A stretch of DNA of 51,108 nucleotides from Perkinsus olseni (taxonomy: Eukaryota): the NCBI GenBank assembly GCA_013115125.1, contig JABANN010000222.1, forward strand, positions 1 through 51,108, given 5' to 3'. Under the pieces are notes generated by a model. The model did not search any database. It was not told the DNA's origin and worked only from the letters and a program-made list of their open reading frames with translations. The translations under genes were made by a program, and so were the position numbers. Below, one piece after another: positions 15,257-29,648 of this stretch (positions within the stretch are counted from its first letter, which is position 1; every line of letters begins with the position of its first letter).

Positions 15257-16146
15257 TTTTGATGATGCGACAGATGGGTTCTGCTGCAATAGTGACAAGA
15301 ATGGCAATGAGAACATATTCCGTCAATGGTGGGATGCTGCTGCTTCATCCTCCCCATTAACGAAGGCAAGACGACGACGTCGTCGTACCACAACATTCGT
15401 TAATAAGGCTAATGATGATGATAAGGGTGTGTGGGTATCTTGGAATCATCCATCTACACATCATGATCAATCAACACGTCGGCAAACATCAGTCGGCCCT
15501 CTGCGAGCTGATACTCATAATTGAGATGCATGTTAATAATACCCAATATTCAACAGTAATCATTCTTGAGTTATCAGAAGTTCATACAACAACCATCATC
15601 ATCACACTCGACTATCCCAGACTGCCATGCCCAATGAACACAATCGTTGCGTCGATTCAGTAGTGCTTGTACTCGACGCACAACTAATCGAACTTGATGA
15701 GGATGGACCAGCGGTGACCCCTTCGATGAAACCCCTCGATACACCGCGTGAAGTACCGGTATCCTTCCTCTCATTCCCAAGTGAACTCGCTCTCTTATAC
15801 TTTTACAACCATTCGACGTTTCCCTGTTACAGTAAATAGTAGCAGATCATTCAAGTAATCACCGAGAGCAGCTGGGGGATCGAAAAGTTGCACTAAGCAG
15901 CTGTCAGCTGTTGCTGCTTGGGATAACTACTCGTCATAAGTCACACGGTTGGATATCACCCAGAATGCTGGATATGCTTTTGTGCGGATTATGGTCGAAC
16001 GGTTGGATATGCCCGGGGCGACAGGTACGCAACGGTTGATGAATCGTCTTCGTATCAGCCGAGCATCGAGTATGATGATGAGCACTGTTAAAGCAACACT
16101 CGTCTTGATCGGGCAATCAACAACAGCAATGATGATGATGATTATG

Positions 16147-17108
16147 TTACTCCTTCTTGTTCATGTCACGATATAGATTATCAATATGACGTTCGACATT
16201 AGTCGTCAACTGGGCAACATAATCTTCGTAGTATAATCGGGTATTACTGAATGAGAAAATAACAACAACAGCAGCAGCAGCAGCAGCACCCTAGTGAACA
16301 ACAAGAAGCAACCTATAATTATGCCCACTTTGTATTCTCATCATCGTCTCTGTCTTGAGCGAATTCAATGAATTCTGACATTTCCTAACGAGTATCAATC
16401 CTCACTGAACACATACTGCCACTGTTGCTGATTATTCACCACCCACCTTCTCTCTGAATCCAGTATGACCAGATCCTAAGTAATCTCTCATTTGGTTCAC
16501 ATCAACCCATCCCTTACGTTCTGGATCAAGTAAACTGAAAGGATGAAGCATGCACAATAACAACCGGGGTATGTTATTATTATTATTACTGGAAGGCCTC
16601 GAGGAGTGTCTCGCTATCATCAGGGTCATATTCATGCTCCTTAAGACATCTCAACATGAACTTCTCAAATTGTTGGTATCCAATAGGAGTTGACTTGGTG
16701 ATGGAATGTGTGCCTCCTCCTCCTCCAGCAGCAGCCTGATGATGACCATCGTCTAATAGCAATGGTAGTGCTCGTGTTACTGTATGGTCCTTCAACTCTC
16801 TAATAACAACTTCAACAAGCTCAGTCTCGGTAGGGAACTGCCCGAGATACCGCATTATCGTGCCAACTTCCCTGCCATAACAATCCCTACTCCCAACCAC
16901 CTCAACAGCATCCTTACTCAGGTGCTACTGTACCCGTCCCTAGCTTATCAAATAAGTCGAATGTTCTTCGTATTATCTGACATAATTTCTCTTCTTGTGT
17001 CGGTGCTGGCGCCTCTTCTGTCATCATCAAATCAACACCCGATTGTTGTTGTGGTGTGGTAGGCTGCTGTGCTATGGTATCGTTGTGCGTATCACCAGTG
17101 GTGGCCAT
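16147..17108 (-). CDS. DRC8: Dynein regulatory complex subunit 8 (EFCAB2-like EF-hand protein)
   Basis: IRRTFDLFDK..GTV..EEVGTIMRYLGQFPTETEL, YDPDDSETLLEAFQLLDPERKGWV, GFREKEMSEF, LYYEDYV. Confidence 0.8.
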
Positions 17109-17371
17109 GATGATTGTGGCAGTACGATCTACCCAGGGTACCACTATTCACCCAATCGTAATCGCAACTCAATAACATTATGATAGAGGGTAACACCAAT
17201 AGTATTATGATGGATATGATGAGGATGAATAGTTATTGCAAAAGCAATACATCTGGTAATGTCGCCGAAGGTATGGTACAACTTCTCGATAAGAATCAAC
17301 TTCATCAACAGCCGTCGTTGTGTAAATCACATACACGGACAATGATGATGATGCTACTTTGTCGTCATCAG

Positions 17372-20300
17372 TTATGAGAGTGCTGTCCTGTGGTCGAGTG
17401 TGGTTAGAGCTATGTAACTATCTCCTATCCTATTATAGGGTGATAAGAGTACACCAACGCTGCTGGCATTAGTGGGATGACCACGGATTGATTGAACATA
17501 CTCACCTGAACGGCAGTAATAGGGGAAGGAGTGGTAGGGGAGGTTGATAAAGCTCACTTTTAGTGGTCATACCCATCTCGCTGTAGACATCATCAATGTT
17601 ATGATGATAGGTTGTGTTGTGTTGACTACTAGACATCGATGATGATGATGATGACCCTTGTCCTCCTATTGAGGTGTCATCGTTCACTACGGGCACTCCA
17701 TCCAATGATTCTTCATCTTCATCATCGTAATCGTCGTAAGGCTGTGAAAGGAAGTAGCGTACCAAGTTGGTGTGGTAGTGAGGAGACACTTACGACTGAG
17801 GCTAGCATCATTGGTGGGGCATCCTCTAATGCATGATGATGTTGGGTCTAAGATTGAGGGCATCTCCTAAGGAATGGTACGGTACTCTCCTTACTCTAGG
17901 TATGAGGATGCTGTTCAGCATTCTTGACCACATTCGGTATGGTGTGGTATGATTATTATAGGCGATAGATGAGTTAAGACAACGACTATCATTATTATTA
18001 GTTGGTGATGACAGATGACTGCTGCTGCTTCTTGTCGCTGTGGTCGGGGGCGTAGATAATAAACCCGATAACGGCACTATACCTGCTACCACACCATTCG
18101 TTGCTGTTGTTGTTGTTGTTGTTGATGGTGGTTGTGGTATTACCTTTATCACTACCATCATGTACATTCATTATCCTGTAATAATCCTCATCAGTACCAG
18201 CAGTTATTAAATGATTACCATCAGCAAGATACACACTACGTCTATAGTTAGTACGAGAATGCAATGCTCGTATATCCATCCTCAACAACGACGACGAAGA
18301 GGAAGGAGGGACGGCAGGCGTATTGTTTGGTGGTCTTCTCAAGTCGAACTGCAATACATGATCATCAAGTCCCGAGCACAATAGATGGGTATCATCTCTA
18401 TTGAAGGTACACATAACATTCAAGCATCCAGTGTAGGCTGTGAATACCGGTATTGATGACGACGGTCGTCGAGTGCTGCTGCTGCTGCTGCTGTTGATGT
18501 TGTTGGTGTGGTTGGGTAGTCGAAGATCCCATATCTTACAAGTATGATCGAATGAGCTTGTGGCAAAGATGTGAGGGCTGTGGTTAGCGAAGCGTAGTAT
18601 GTTAATAAAATGTGAGTGTATATCGGTTAGTAGTCCTATCATACTACCAGTAGTGGTGTCAAACAGTGCTACATCTGGTACGAAGCCACTGGTCATAAAA
18701 TAATCATCGGTGGCGTTGATGGAGATGGAGCTTAAATGCTTGAATGTCGATGTTCTACAATGCTTGATGATGACACCCTCATCCTGGTAGCCAGCAGCGT
18801 GATGGTTGTATCGAACATACCCAACATTACCAGTTGGGGATGCACCATAGAGGGCTGTAGTGGGTAGATGGTTAAACCAAGTCAAACCAAGTATGGGGCT
18901 GTCATCAGCCTTGACTCTAGCAATACACTCATCATTATTAATATCTATTATACTAATATTACCAGACCTATGACCAGTGAGGAGTATGTTGTCGTAGGTC
19001 GGATGGAACTCGAACTGACGAGTATCCCTAGTTGATAATAGAAGCTTCTTGTCTACTGCTGGTAATACAACATTACCTGTATTACCACACCATGTTGAAT
19101 AAGTACATCTACCGACAGTACCACTTCGTAATAGGATATCATCATCACTAGTGGTATCGGATACACCATCACTAGCATGTGACGATGATGATGATGATGG
19201 TATTATGATATTGGGAGGAGCGGCAGTAGCAGCAGTATGGATGTTATTAGAGAATCGATGGCCCGGTGGGGCGTTGGTCAGGCGACGTTCGGGTTTGTAC
19301 TTGTCAATAAATGACCTTAACGACCCCTCCACAGCGGTAGTCTCATCAATATCATTACCATCATAATCCTCATTACTAGAATCATCATCATGGTCATCAT
19401 CATGGTCATCATCATAGAACCCAGCATCATCATAATCATCACAGACATAATGCATGATGATGTTGTTGTTGTTGTTGTTATTATCATCACTACACCCCTC
19501 TTTAATATCGTTATGATCCCTAACCCTATCCCATAGCATCACGGGATAGCCCACAGTACCATCATCATCATCCTCGTCGTCATCATCATCATCATCAACA
19601 CTACATGTAGGTATAGATAGTAGATCGATTGTAGTAGCATCTTCACGATAGATCACTGCAGCAGCTGCAGCCATTGTACTTCCTCCTCCCCCTTCCTGTG
19701 GTAACAGGTGTAATCGTAATATCTCACATGATGTCCACTTGAGATCATGGAGTAGTCTAAGGTCCCTCATCCCGTCTCGAATGACCATCATCATACCATC
19801 ATGCGTACCACTGCTACGATGATAATCTCTCGTTGTTGTTGATAATCCGATAGATGCCAACATAACATGAGAGATGATGAAGGGAAGGAGTGGTATATGA
19901 ATATCAACCAACATATGTATTATCCTATCAGCGAGGTCACCAAGTGTATCATGTCTATTAATATTCATCCATTCTCGTTGAGTAGTAGTAGCTGTTGTTG
20001 ATGATGGTAATACAATATCAATACCAACAAGCCAATGATGCTCATCATCATCATGACCATCTTGCTGCTGCCTGTAGTGCATACACGATGGTAGTACAGC
20101 TGCCATACTCGACTGGTTATTGGATGACGATGATGACAACTCTGCGTCGTCATCATCATCAACATCCGATGATGATGATGATGTTACATACCTCCTGGTA
20201 CGATAATCCTGGTTATTACCAGAACTACGTCTGGTTATGATTGATGACAACGATAACGATGATGCTGCCCTTCTAAGCCCAGTACTACCACTATGATGAT

Positions 20301-21202
20301 GACGGAGACCAAACCCTCTTGTTGGTAGGGACAGCCTACGCCGACGGCTGTTCATGTTGGTTGTTCGCCTCGCTATAGCCAACCCAATCCTCGTCAATAA
20401 CGAGTACCGTGATGATGAAGTATTAGACGTATGACGGTAGGAATGATGAGGTGGTAATGACCACATCCTACCACTACTATCATCACCATCCTGTAGGGTG
20501 GTATCCTGTATTGATAGTTCTAGTAAAAGATGAGTATCGGGTATGATGATATCCTTAACAACAGGACCTAAGCATGACCATCCTCATCATCATACTTGTG
20601 TATTATCCATAGTACTACTACTACCTGGTCTGTGGAAGGGTTCACACTGAGATGTAACGTATCGTAGTCGGCATGATGATGGTGCTAATATCAGTTTACT
20701 AAGGACTTCGTCATAGTTAGTACGATGACCACAGGGTAGGTATACAGCAACAGCGACACTATCACATACATGTACCTGCTCATCAGTATCATCATTGACT
20801 ATCATCTGATACTGACCACTATTACCCAAACTCGTTTTGTAGTATGCTTATTGTTCTTAGTTGATGATGCTGCGATATGGTCTGTTAAATACCCCCTCCA
20901 ATCGAATATTCCTCGTGTCTTGGCTAGGCCTTCCTCAGCACTACCTTTTAATATAGTAAGACCCTTACACTGCATGGCTATACCATACCATACTGAACAT
21001 CACCAACATTGAAGGGTAGTAGGGTGTATGTCTACTTACCAGCAGGTTCATCCATAACGTTATTGTTGATATATTTATTGATGATGATAATGTTAGCACA
21101 TTCCTTTGGCTCCAACAATGTGATATGACTACCAGTCAGGATTATATCCAGTACATCAACGGCAGTGGCAGGATGAGGAGGAGGTGGTCGAGGACAAGGC
21201 AT
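17372..21202 (-). CDS. WD40 (DWD-type) protein resembling the plant DHU1 family, with long N-terminal extension
   Basis: RQFEFHP, ILGLTW, LSSISINATDDYFMTSGF, HINILRFANHSPHIFATSSFDHTCKIWDLR, NVMCTF, NYRRSVY and final-exon YVQSIRGHP follow the motif order of DHU1-like proteins; includes a ~2.4 kb exon. Confidence 0.75.
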
Positions 21203-21302
21203 TATGTCAGCATCATTATAATGTCAACTTGGAAAGATGCATGTCATACCGCATACCTTTGATGTCTCCGCAATTTGTCTAAGTCACAGATATTCGAAGG
21301 CA

Positions 21303-21314
21303 GTAGCGCGCGCC
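21303..21314. promoter_or_regulatory. Putative strand-switch element GTAGCGCGCGCC between divergent WD40 and SRR1 genes
   Basis: In a ~160 bp head-to-head spacer; near-identical to copies at 95-105, 39191-39202 and 44297-44308. Confidence 0.5.
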
Positions 21315-21362
21315 TTGCTGTCGGCATCGTCATCATCCTCAGTTCTCGTTATTGCTGTTTTT

Positions 21363-22041
21363 ATGGTGGCTGGTGACGATGGATGGACTGTAGTGAAGTT
21401 AAGTAGGAATAGGAGGGCTAACAGGAGGGTTGTCCGTACAAGTACCGCTGCCGCTGCTGCTGCTGTGGTGAAGGATGGTGATAGTACGATGATGAGCAGG
21501 GAGGAGGTGGAGTATTGGCTTAAGCGGGTTGAGGAGTGTGTGATGGATATCAAAGGCAGTGAGCTATGGTACAATATTATGGATGACATGAAGTCGCCTA
21601 AAGTTGAGATTATCGAGTGTTACGGTATTGGGTCCATCCATAGATCAATACCATCATTATACCAATTCGCATTAGTAGTAGCCATGAAGAGGCAATGGAG
21701 TATTGATGAGGTAACTATCACCGACCCCTGCATGGATGATGGTGATAATAAGATATCCCATGCCTTCGGGTTCACTACTACCACTAGTACTACCCAGCAT
21801 CAGGACAGTAAAACATCATCACCACCCGACGACCTTCCTCCTCCCACGAGACCAAGATCTACACTGTTGTTCATGCCACACTGCGACAGAAGTCTGTATG
21901 TATCAACACTAAGACATCATTGTCATGTGTTATCCAGTACCATCCTAATCGGTAATAGCTTTGAATCGTATGTACTGGCTACACCCGATGGTTATACTAA
22001 ACTAGAGGGTTTGGTGACTGAGGTGCCCCTCAGAGATGCTA

Positions 22042-22076
<35 letters not shown>

Positions 22077-22190
22077 CCATGCTTGTCAGCTTTTAACGAT
22101 CTATCCATCATAACCTTCCCTAGTCATAATATTCATACTATCATCAATGAAGTACTCAACTCTACTCCATCAGCATCAATTCCTCCATAA
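21363..22190 (+). CDS. SRR1: SRR1/BER1-domain protein, intronless
   Basis: DGWTVV, CYGIGS, YQFAL, DP, TLLFMPHCDRSLY, LIGNSFESY, AFNDLSI. Confidence 0.85.
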
Positions 22191-22251
22191 GAACATTGAC
22201 GGTGGTCGTGTTGTAGTGCCAATGGTGATGATGATGTTCTTATTGGACAGT

Positions 22252-23776
22252 ATGCCGTACATGCTACCAAGTACAATACAGGTAGCAGGGAGTAGGAAGG
22301 GTGGTGATTATGATAGTGTAGCAATAACTGCACCATGTACACCATCAGGGTAGTACTACTACTACCCAGCATACACTATCATACTCGTACTCGTGCAGTG
22401 ACTACTACCCTACACCACCACCCCCTACCACTCTACATGATGGTGAAGATGGCGGTATTGCATTACTATCAATAATCAAGCAGTGTGGTGATAGACTTGG
22501 TGTGTATCTACATAGTCGTAGATGTACATCACCCTTAACCAACCCACGGATGGTTGCTATGGTCGTTAATGGATCAGCCGGAGGAGGGGGAGGGGGAGGA
22601 GGAGGAGGGCCGGCCCTACTGTAGTCCATCTACTGCTCTCCACAGTGCTGCTCATGTATACAATATTGTTATTGTCAGAGTAGGGGATGAGATAATCCGT
22701 ATTAATGATGAAGTAGTTAGTAACGATACAGTGAGAGGTGTGCTCAGGAGTATACGACCATTAACGCAGGTACTACCACAAGTACAACAACCAAAATGCA
22801 TGATGTATGGGTTCAGGTTAGCATTGAAGTAATAAGGAGGGGATACAACAAGAATGATAACATCACCACCACCCCCGCCAATGCCACTGCTGCTACTGCT
22901 ACTGCTACTGCTACTGCTACTGCTACTGCTACTGATCATCATCAGCCTTCAACCATACAGTGTGGCTGTTGCCTAGTACAGGATGATGAGGCTAGAGATA
23001 ATACACGGTAATACATGGTGTTGCTACCACACGTCGCTAACATCACCATCATCCCATTCAGTCTTCGACGTAGTTCGACTACATCATACAGTGGTGGTGG
23101 GAGGAGGAGGATCCGATGGAAGGGCAACAGCAACAGCAGCAGTAGTATGATGGGCGGCCATGCTGCTGCTGCTGCTGCTGCTGTTGACACAACAGCGGCG
23201 TGGAGGATAACCTCTGGGTCATCATCAACATCATCGCTAACGATGCTTACTCGTCGTCGTCAGCAGCAGCAACAGCCTACTTCCTCATCATCAACGACGA
23301 TGTTGGGTGCTGATAATGGGGTATCATCCCGTTTGAAGTCCGTACTACATGGATCATTCTTGTCATTCTTAATGAGAAGGAGAAAGAGTACTACTCCCAA
23401 CCATCAACACTACCACTGCTACGATGCTAACCACCTACACCAACAGTCCTCATCATCAAGGGTGGAGGGAGAATCGCGACGACGATCGTGTCTTCGGAGT
23501 CGAAGGTCATCATCATCATCAGTTGTCGTTGGATCATCATCATCATCATCATCACCTGCCCCATCAAGGAAGGATGCTGCTTGTGATAATGGTAATGTTC
23601 TACCGTTATCCCAACAACAACACCAACAGAGGAGTGGTGATGATGATGATATGTGGAAGGAGCTAGTTGCACAGCATCATGATCAAAGTGTTAGGACTGT
23701 TGATCTAAAGCAAATGATGTCCAAGAACGGTGACAAATGTTGGTTCAAACGTCGTAACACTAATCCAACGACATGA
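22252..23776 (+). CDS. PDZ-like domain protein with Ser/Arg-rich tail; multi-exon
   Basis: LSIIKQCGDRLGVYL...VAMVVNGSA...RVGDEIIRIND...VSIEVIR resembles a PDZ fold; splices in frame into ORF 23015-23776. Confidence 0.5.
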
Positions 23777-24031
23777 AGAAGAAGAAGTAGCAGTATGATG
23801 CTGTAGGGATGATGATAACAACATTAACGCTTATTGTCATCATCACAACCATCAGCATCATCAGTTGATTATTAACATGATGTGTATCATTATTCATCCC
23901 CAAGAGGCCTTAGTGGTATTAGTAACGAAGCATCATGATGATCGTGCATGTTGTAATTATTAGATACCTCTTGGGATGTTGTGTTAGTGGCGTTGGAACA
24001 CTACTCGATATCAACAACACAACAATACACC

Positions 24032-27000
24032 TCATTCAATCACTTCAAACAGGCTCATTATTAAATCATCATAAAATTCATTATGGATAGAGAGCTATCA
24101 GGAGTTGCCTTACTAAACCGATGTACGTGGCATGATTGGCCCACTCTACGCTGTTACTGGAATGAGGAGGAGGAGGAGGAGGAGGAGGAGGTGGTGGTTC
24201 AATCCACATCCACCATGCATCATCATACCGTTGTACCATGTTAGCTGTGAACCTAGTGATGACGGTGATACCAGTACTACTACCACTACTATCAACATTA
24301 CCATCATGTATTACCTTTCTAATATTGTTCGGTTATTGATATGGTTATTATCATCACTACCACTACTCCAGAGCACGAGATCTATTTTACCTTCATTCGG
24401 GCGTATACCCACTATTTCCCAACCATCACTATTGGCATTAATTTCATCGACTAGTGTCCTCCTCATGACACCAAAAGCAGGGGCTTTGGCCAAGGCTCTC
24501 AGATTCAACATCGGCCATGATGGTAGGGGATGGTGTAGTAGATGTGACGGTATTGTACAGGTCTTGCTGTCTACTGATGGCAGCACTTCTTTTAAAAAGT
24601 ATGGATGGTTAATAAAATCATTGATATTGTCTTTTATACTGAAGGAGGTATCTATCAGGTCTATCAATAGAGGAGTGATGATGAGTTGATCCTCCGGTAA
24701 GAGGGACAATAATGCTCCCCAGTGTATCTGATAATAATAATACCACAACTCACCCTCATCACCATCATCACTACCCTGCCATGTTTAGTGATAATATCGA
24801 TTATATCAGTAAATGTAGCATAAGCATGTAGATGTGTTATTAGTAGCACTAATGCAACACTCCATACATCAACAACCATTGGACTGCGACTTGGACCATG
24901 AGGATGCCTGACAACGAGAGGAAGAAGGAATTAACGACTACTGGTAGTAGTAGCAGGAAGCCTCACAAATATTCATGAGTAGCATGCTCATATTTACTAG
25001 GGGCCTCAGGGGACGTTAACCGTATGATACTCCCATAGTCACCTAGCTTAATACGACCACCACCACTACTGCCAGCAGCAGCATCATCATCATCATCATC
25101 ATCATCATGATGGGAGGTGTCTCTACCAACTAGTAAGTTATCGCATTTAATATCACCATGGAAGTAACGATCATCAATATCATCTACAACAAAAACACTA
25201 CGAATGTTAGTGTTATTATTACAAACAGCAACCGTTACCTGATCCATACAAGCATTCTATAAGAGAACGTAGATCCCTGGCGATGGATAATTTGATAGGA
25301 TTAGTGAATGGTGTGGTATTATGTCTATCCATAATCTCTTTAAGATTCCCACCATAGCATAGTTCAGTAACCACCGCCGACACCCTCCCCTGCGCTTTAT
25401 TCAAGGGGCACTCCATCTTTACCCCCCTGTAGACAGCTAACACTCTAACAAAGCATCCTCCACTACACATCAGTCGAGGAGCATATTGTAGTATCCTCTC
25501 CGATAATGTTAATTCCTTCTCAACCTCATTCATTCGATACACGAGTTCATTATCAGAAGGGCGTCTGCCTAGGGGTGAGTCCCTAGCACAGTAAAATACC
25601 TTAATAAATACATCCACTGGAGGATGACAATCCTCTGCTGTTGTTGATGTGGCTAGTGGATGATGTCGATCGTTGTCAATAGCGATGTAGCCTCTAGCAA
25701 AGCCACCACAACCAACATAACGTAGTAAACGATAACGTCCAGCGATTAGGGCAAGTTGTGGTACTTGGGTACAGGAATCAACATTAAGTCTACCATTGGG
25801 GAAGGTGAAGAGACGGTCGCTAGGTAATACACCATCATCATCATCCGATCTAATGGTAGTTGTACTTGGTAATAACAGAGTAGTATGGTAGCGTTCCCTA
25901 TGGACGTGATAGATGAGCTGTGACCACCACCAATAAAGGTTCATCCTGCATACTCTAGTCAATACACGATAATCCTTGTATGATGTAATAATACGATCGA
26001 GAGCATGCCATATTGATGCTGTTGATGGGGGAGAGGCATCATCATGATGATCAGGGATGCTGATGTCCTCTGCTACTTTACGTATTGGTATATTATTATT
26101 AACTACTTCATACATACCTAACACAACAACAACAACAATTACGATTGGAGTGGTACGGGTGTGTACCTATGAGGACTTTATCCTCCTCTTCCCTACTGTC
26201 ATCCTTCCCCACTGATGTATTGGTAGCATTACTAAAGTCTATATTAAGTGGCGCCCCTCCACCTCCCTGTTTACGTAGTCTAAGACCATCCACTAGAGGT
26301 AACCATTTAGATCTGATCTCATCCACCATCGTATCACAGTACACCTCTACCACTCCTCCACCACCACCTCCTCCTCCCTCCTTCTTCCATGTTGCATAGC
26401 TGCTAAGGGGTGAGCTACTACCGGCTGTTGTCGTGTTCTTCCCTAGCATCATCATCAAGGCCAGCTCATTATCATCCATGATAACATCATCATCTCCTCC
26501 TCCTCGTCCCCCTTCTCCTCCTCTGCCGGTGTTGGCCATAATAATACCCTCCACCTCACGTCTATGTCCCTGACAGCATCATCATCATGACAACAATCAG
26601 AATCATTGCTATCATAACTAGCATTACTTCTTTAATACCCCTAACACTCTCAGCCACACCTCGCCAGAAGCACACAGCATCGTCACCCTGTGTACGGGTG
26701 AGGAGCTGTTCATTGATGGCCTTTGCATAGGATTGTAGGGCCTGATACAAGCAGAGCAGTGGGGTCCAGGAGGAGGAGGAGGAGGAGGAGGAGGAGGAGG
26801 GAGTATTATTAGCATTACCAAGTGATCTGTTAAGACTGACGAAGAGTATGTGGTGGTAGTAGGGATGGAGTGTAGTATGTGTGTAGGATCCCTGAGTGGT
26901 GTGGTAAGGTACCTGGATGCTCTACAGGAGGAGGAGGAGGAGTGTACCCCTGTTGGTGTTAATGTTACTACCTTACACACACCCCTACTGCATACCCTAA

Positions 27001-28109
27001 TGATAGTACAGCTATATCAGAGCCTCCTAGGCCAGTAGCCCCCTCCACCCATCTACTAGGGCCGTCCTCCTCTTCTTCCTCCTCATCGTCCAATGAGCCT
27101 GTGGACCCCCTCCTCTGTGGTACAGCGTCGCTGCTGTCTCCAGCATACTCGGGTAAGGTTATGATGTCCTCTTCGAGAGGTAAAAGGCACACCTCATCAT
27201 CATCAGATCTAGCGTTTCTGAATATGATATCTCTCCTCTGCTCCTTGGTGAAGGGTGATAGCCTGACAACAACAGAAGGCAGTCCTCCTAGCAGCAGAAG
27301 GAGTAAGGCTGCTGCTGCTGCTGGTACTACTCACGTCATAGACCTCCTCTTCCCTCTCCTCCTCCTCCTGCTGCTGCCGGTAGATGCCCTCCTCTGCCTC
27401 CTGCTCCTGCTAGTAGATGTGGTGTTTAATACACTTGACGCTGATGGTGGCAGTAGACGTAACTGAGAGGCATCACCCTCTACTACCGACTATTACTACC
27501 ACTCATTACTATCTTGCGGGCCCTCTTGACAGTGGGCAGAGTATCCGAGGTCGACTCATGCTCAACTCGGAATAGGAAAATCTTAGCTGCTATTGGTAGT
27601 CTAAGATCCTCTATTGACGTTGTTGATAATGATGACACACCTTCTATCACCTACCACTACTGTTACCACTACCGTCATCGTCATTCTTATTACCTCATCC
27701 AGTAAGGCTGATAAGTGTTGTACACCTAGACCATTGCAATCCAGTGTAGTGTTCACTGCCTTATACCACACTTTTAGTATATCATCTTTATGACGTGTTA
27801 ATAGTTGTCGTAGAGACGAGAGGAAGGTGATACTGATGATGAGAGTGGGGTATACTCGAGACAGCAGCAGCGGGAGGGGTGGTATTACTATGCACTCGTC
27901 GTCGTCTCATCATCACTATGATGATGATGTGCTTCCAGTAGCTGGGCCCATTCTACAACTTCTACATACTCGCCCAATGCCTGGTACTCTATCCATGTAG
28001 GAGGATTGGGGGTGGCAGGATCGACAGGAGGAGAAGGAGGAGGAGGTAGCATGCAAACAACAACAGCACGGCGGCGGCGGCGGCGACGGCGGCGGGCACG
28101 AGGAAGCAT
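24032..28109 (-). CDS. Divergent non-RD Ser/Thr-type protein kinase; inclusion of the N-terminal exons (26.1-28.1 kb) is uncertain
   Basis: RYRLLRYVGCGGFA (Gly loop), VFIK, VEKE, VVTELCYGGNL, FHGDIKCDNLLV, IKLGDYGS, DVWSVALVL, HPYF. Confidence 0.75.
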
Positions 28110-28151
28110 CCCTCTTCCATCGCTACACAACGCTCCATCGTGTGTCATCAA

Positions 28152-28891
28152 TCAACTCTTTCCCCTCTTTCTCCTCCTCTTACTACTAAAGGCTTGCCAT
28201 GTAGCAGCCCGTCTATCGAAGCTCCTCACCTCTGCCGCTGCTGCCTCTCTGAAGTCTGGGTCGGTGGTGTCGACTGCATTACGCTCAGCTTGGGCATGCT
28301 GATGAGGGAGTAGGGATCTTCCTGACTACTGGACCGTCCATATTACCCTCCTCTTCCTGTCTATTCTCTGCCGTCGTCTGTCCTCAGCCTTCGCCCTGGC
28401 TGCCTCCATCTCCCTCTTAAAGGCCTCCTCCAAGTTAGACCATAACCTCTCCCTCTGGTCGAAGGTCGATGCTTCCCACCATCTACCACCATGACCACTC
28501 ATCATGCTAGCGTACCATCATCATCATCATCACCTCCAGGTATACATCCCTTCCTCCTTCTCCTTCTCCTCCTCCATCCCCTTATTATCCATAACATCTA
28601 CTAGCCGTCTAAAAGACTCCGCTGCCCGATCGTCCTTACACTTGTCAGGATGCACCTGACACTAACACTAGTACAGCCCTACTACCACTAACCCCCCCTT
28701 ACCAACAGTGCTAGCCTCTTGAAGTTGGTACGACGTGTTGTTGTTGATGATGTCCCCGGTCCTCGTAGCAATGTATTCACTTCATTACCATTGAGTATGA
28801 GGTCGATAGCCTGTTGGGAGGTGGTTGGTAGTGATGGTGCTGCTAGAGTATTATCATTGTTATTGTTCTTGTTATTGGTATTATCAAGCAT
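28152..28891 (-). CDS. J-domain protein, DNAJC8/SPF31-like
   Basis: NFKRLALL|VHPDKCKDDRAAESF, coiled-coil, and C-terminal FDRRAATWQAFSSKRRRK. Confidence 0.7.
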
Positions 28892-29060
28892 CTATACAGC
28901 ATGTATACTACTGCACAACACAACAACAACGACAGCAACGATATGGCAATATTAATAATGATTAGAGTGTATGATAAGGAGTGGTAGTATGATAGTAGTC
29001 AGAATAGTGTTGGCAGATATACAATAATCTTGCCCCCCCCCTTCTCTGTCATCATCATCA

Positions 29061-29648
29061 TCACTTGTTGTTTGCCTTAGCTGAGGGCAGCCTAGACCCC
29101 AATGCCCTGTTCAGCTTCTGTACTATAGCCCCATTGGGTATGGCTTTACCCGACTCGTACCTGCTCATGCTGACGATGGTAGTGTAATGATGGCAGTGGC
29201 AGTGGTGATATTACTCATTGATGACACTAGGTTTCTCATTGATAGCCTTAGCGAGGTCAGCCTGACTCATCTTCTTATTCAATCTAGCTTGCTGCAATGC
29301 AGTCTTAAACTCGGTTGATACTCTAGCATGACGGAAGACCTACCACCATCACCACCATCACTACTAGCATCATCATCATACCCATTACCTCAGAATCTTT
29401 ATCTAATTTAGTAGCGTTAGGACAGACACTTTTAAGGCTTAGGTTTTGTCCACCACCGAACTTCTTCTCAACAGCCACATCCTCCCCAGACCTGCTGTTG
29501 CTATCACTGCGTACGAGTATACCAATGGATGGTATGACTACCTCCTGGCAGCATTAACTGCCTTCTTATCCGAGGTCTTGCCTGGCCTCCTCTTATCGAA
29601 TACTACTGTGTCCCAATCTTGAGAGGTATTAAAATCAGTCCGTACCAT
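29061..29648 (-). CDS. MBF1: Multiprotein-bridging factor 1
   Basis: [63 protein letters not shown].RALG; three introns. Confidence 0.95.

Noticed and set aside
14493-15326. 277-aa minus-strand ORF
   Set aside because: Antisense shadow of microsatellite-rich plus-strand exons of the TPR-J gene
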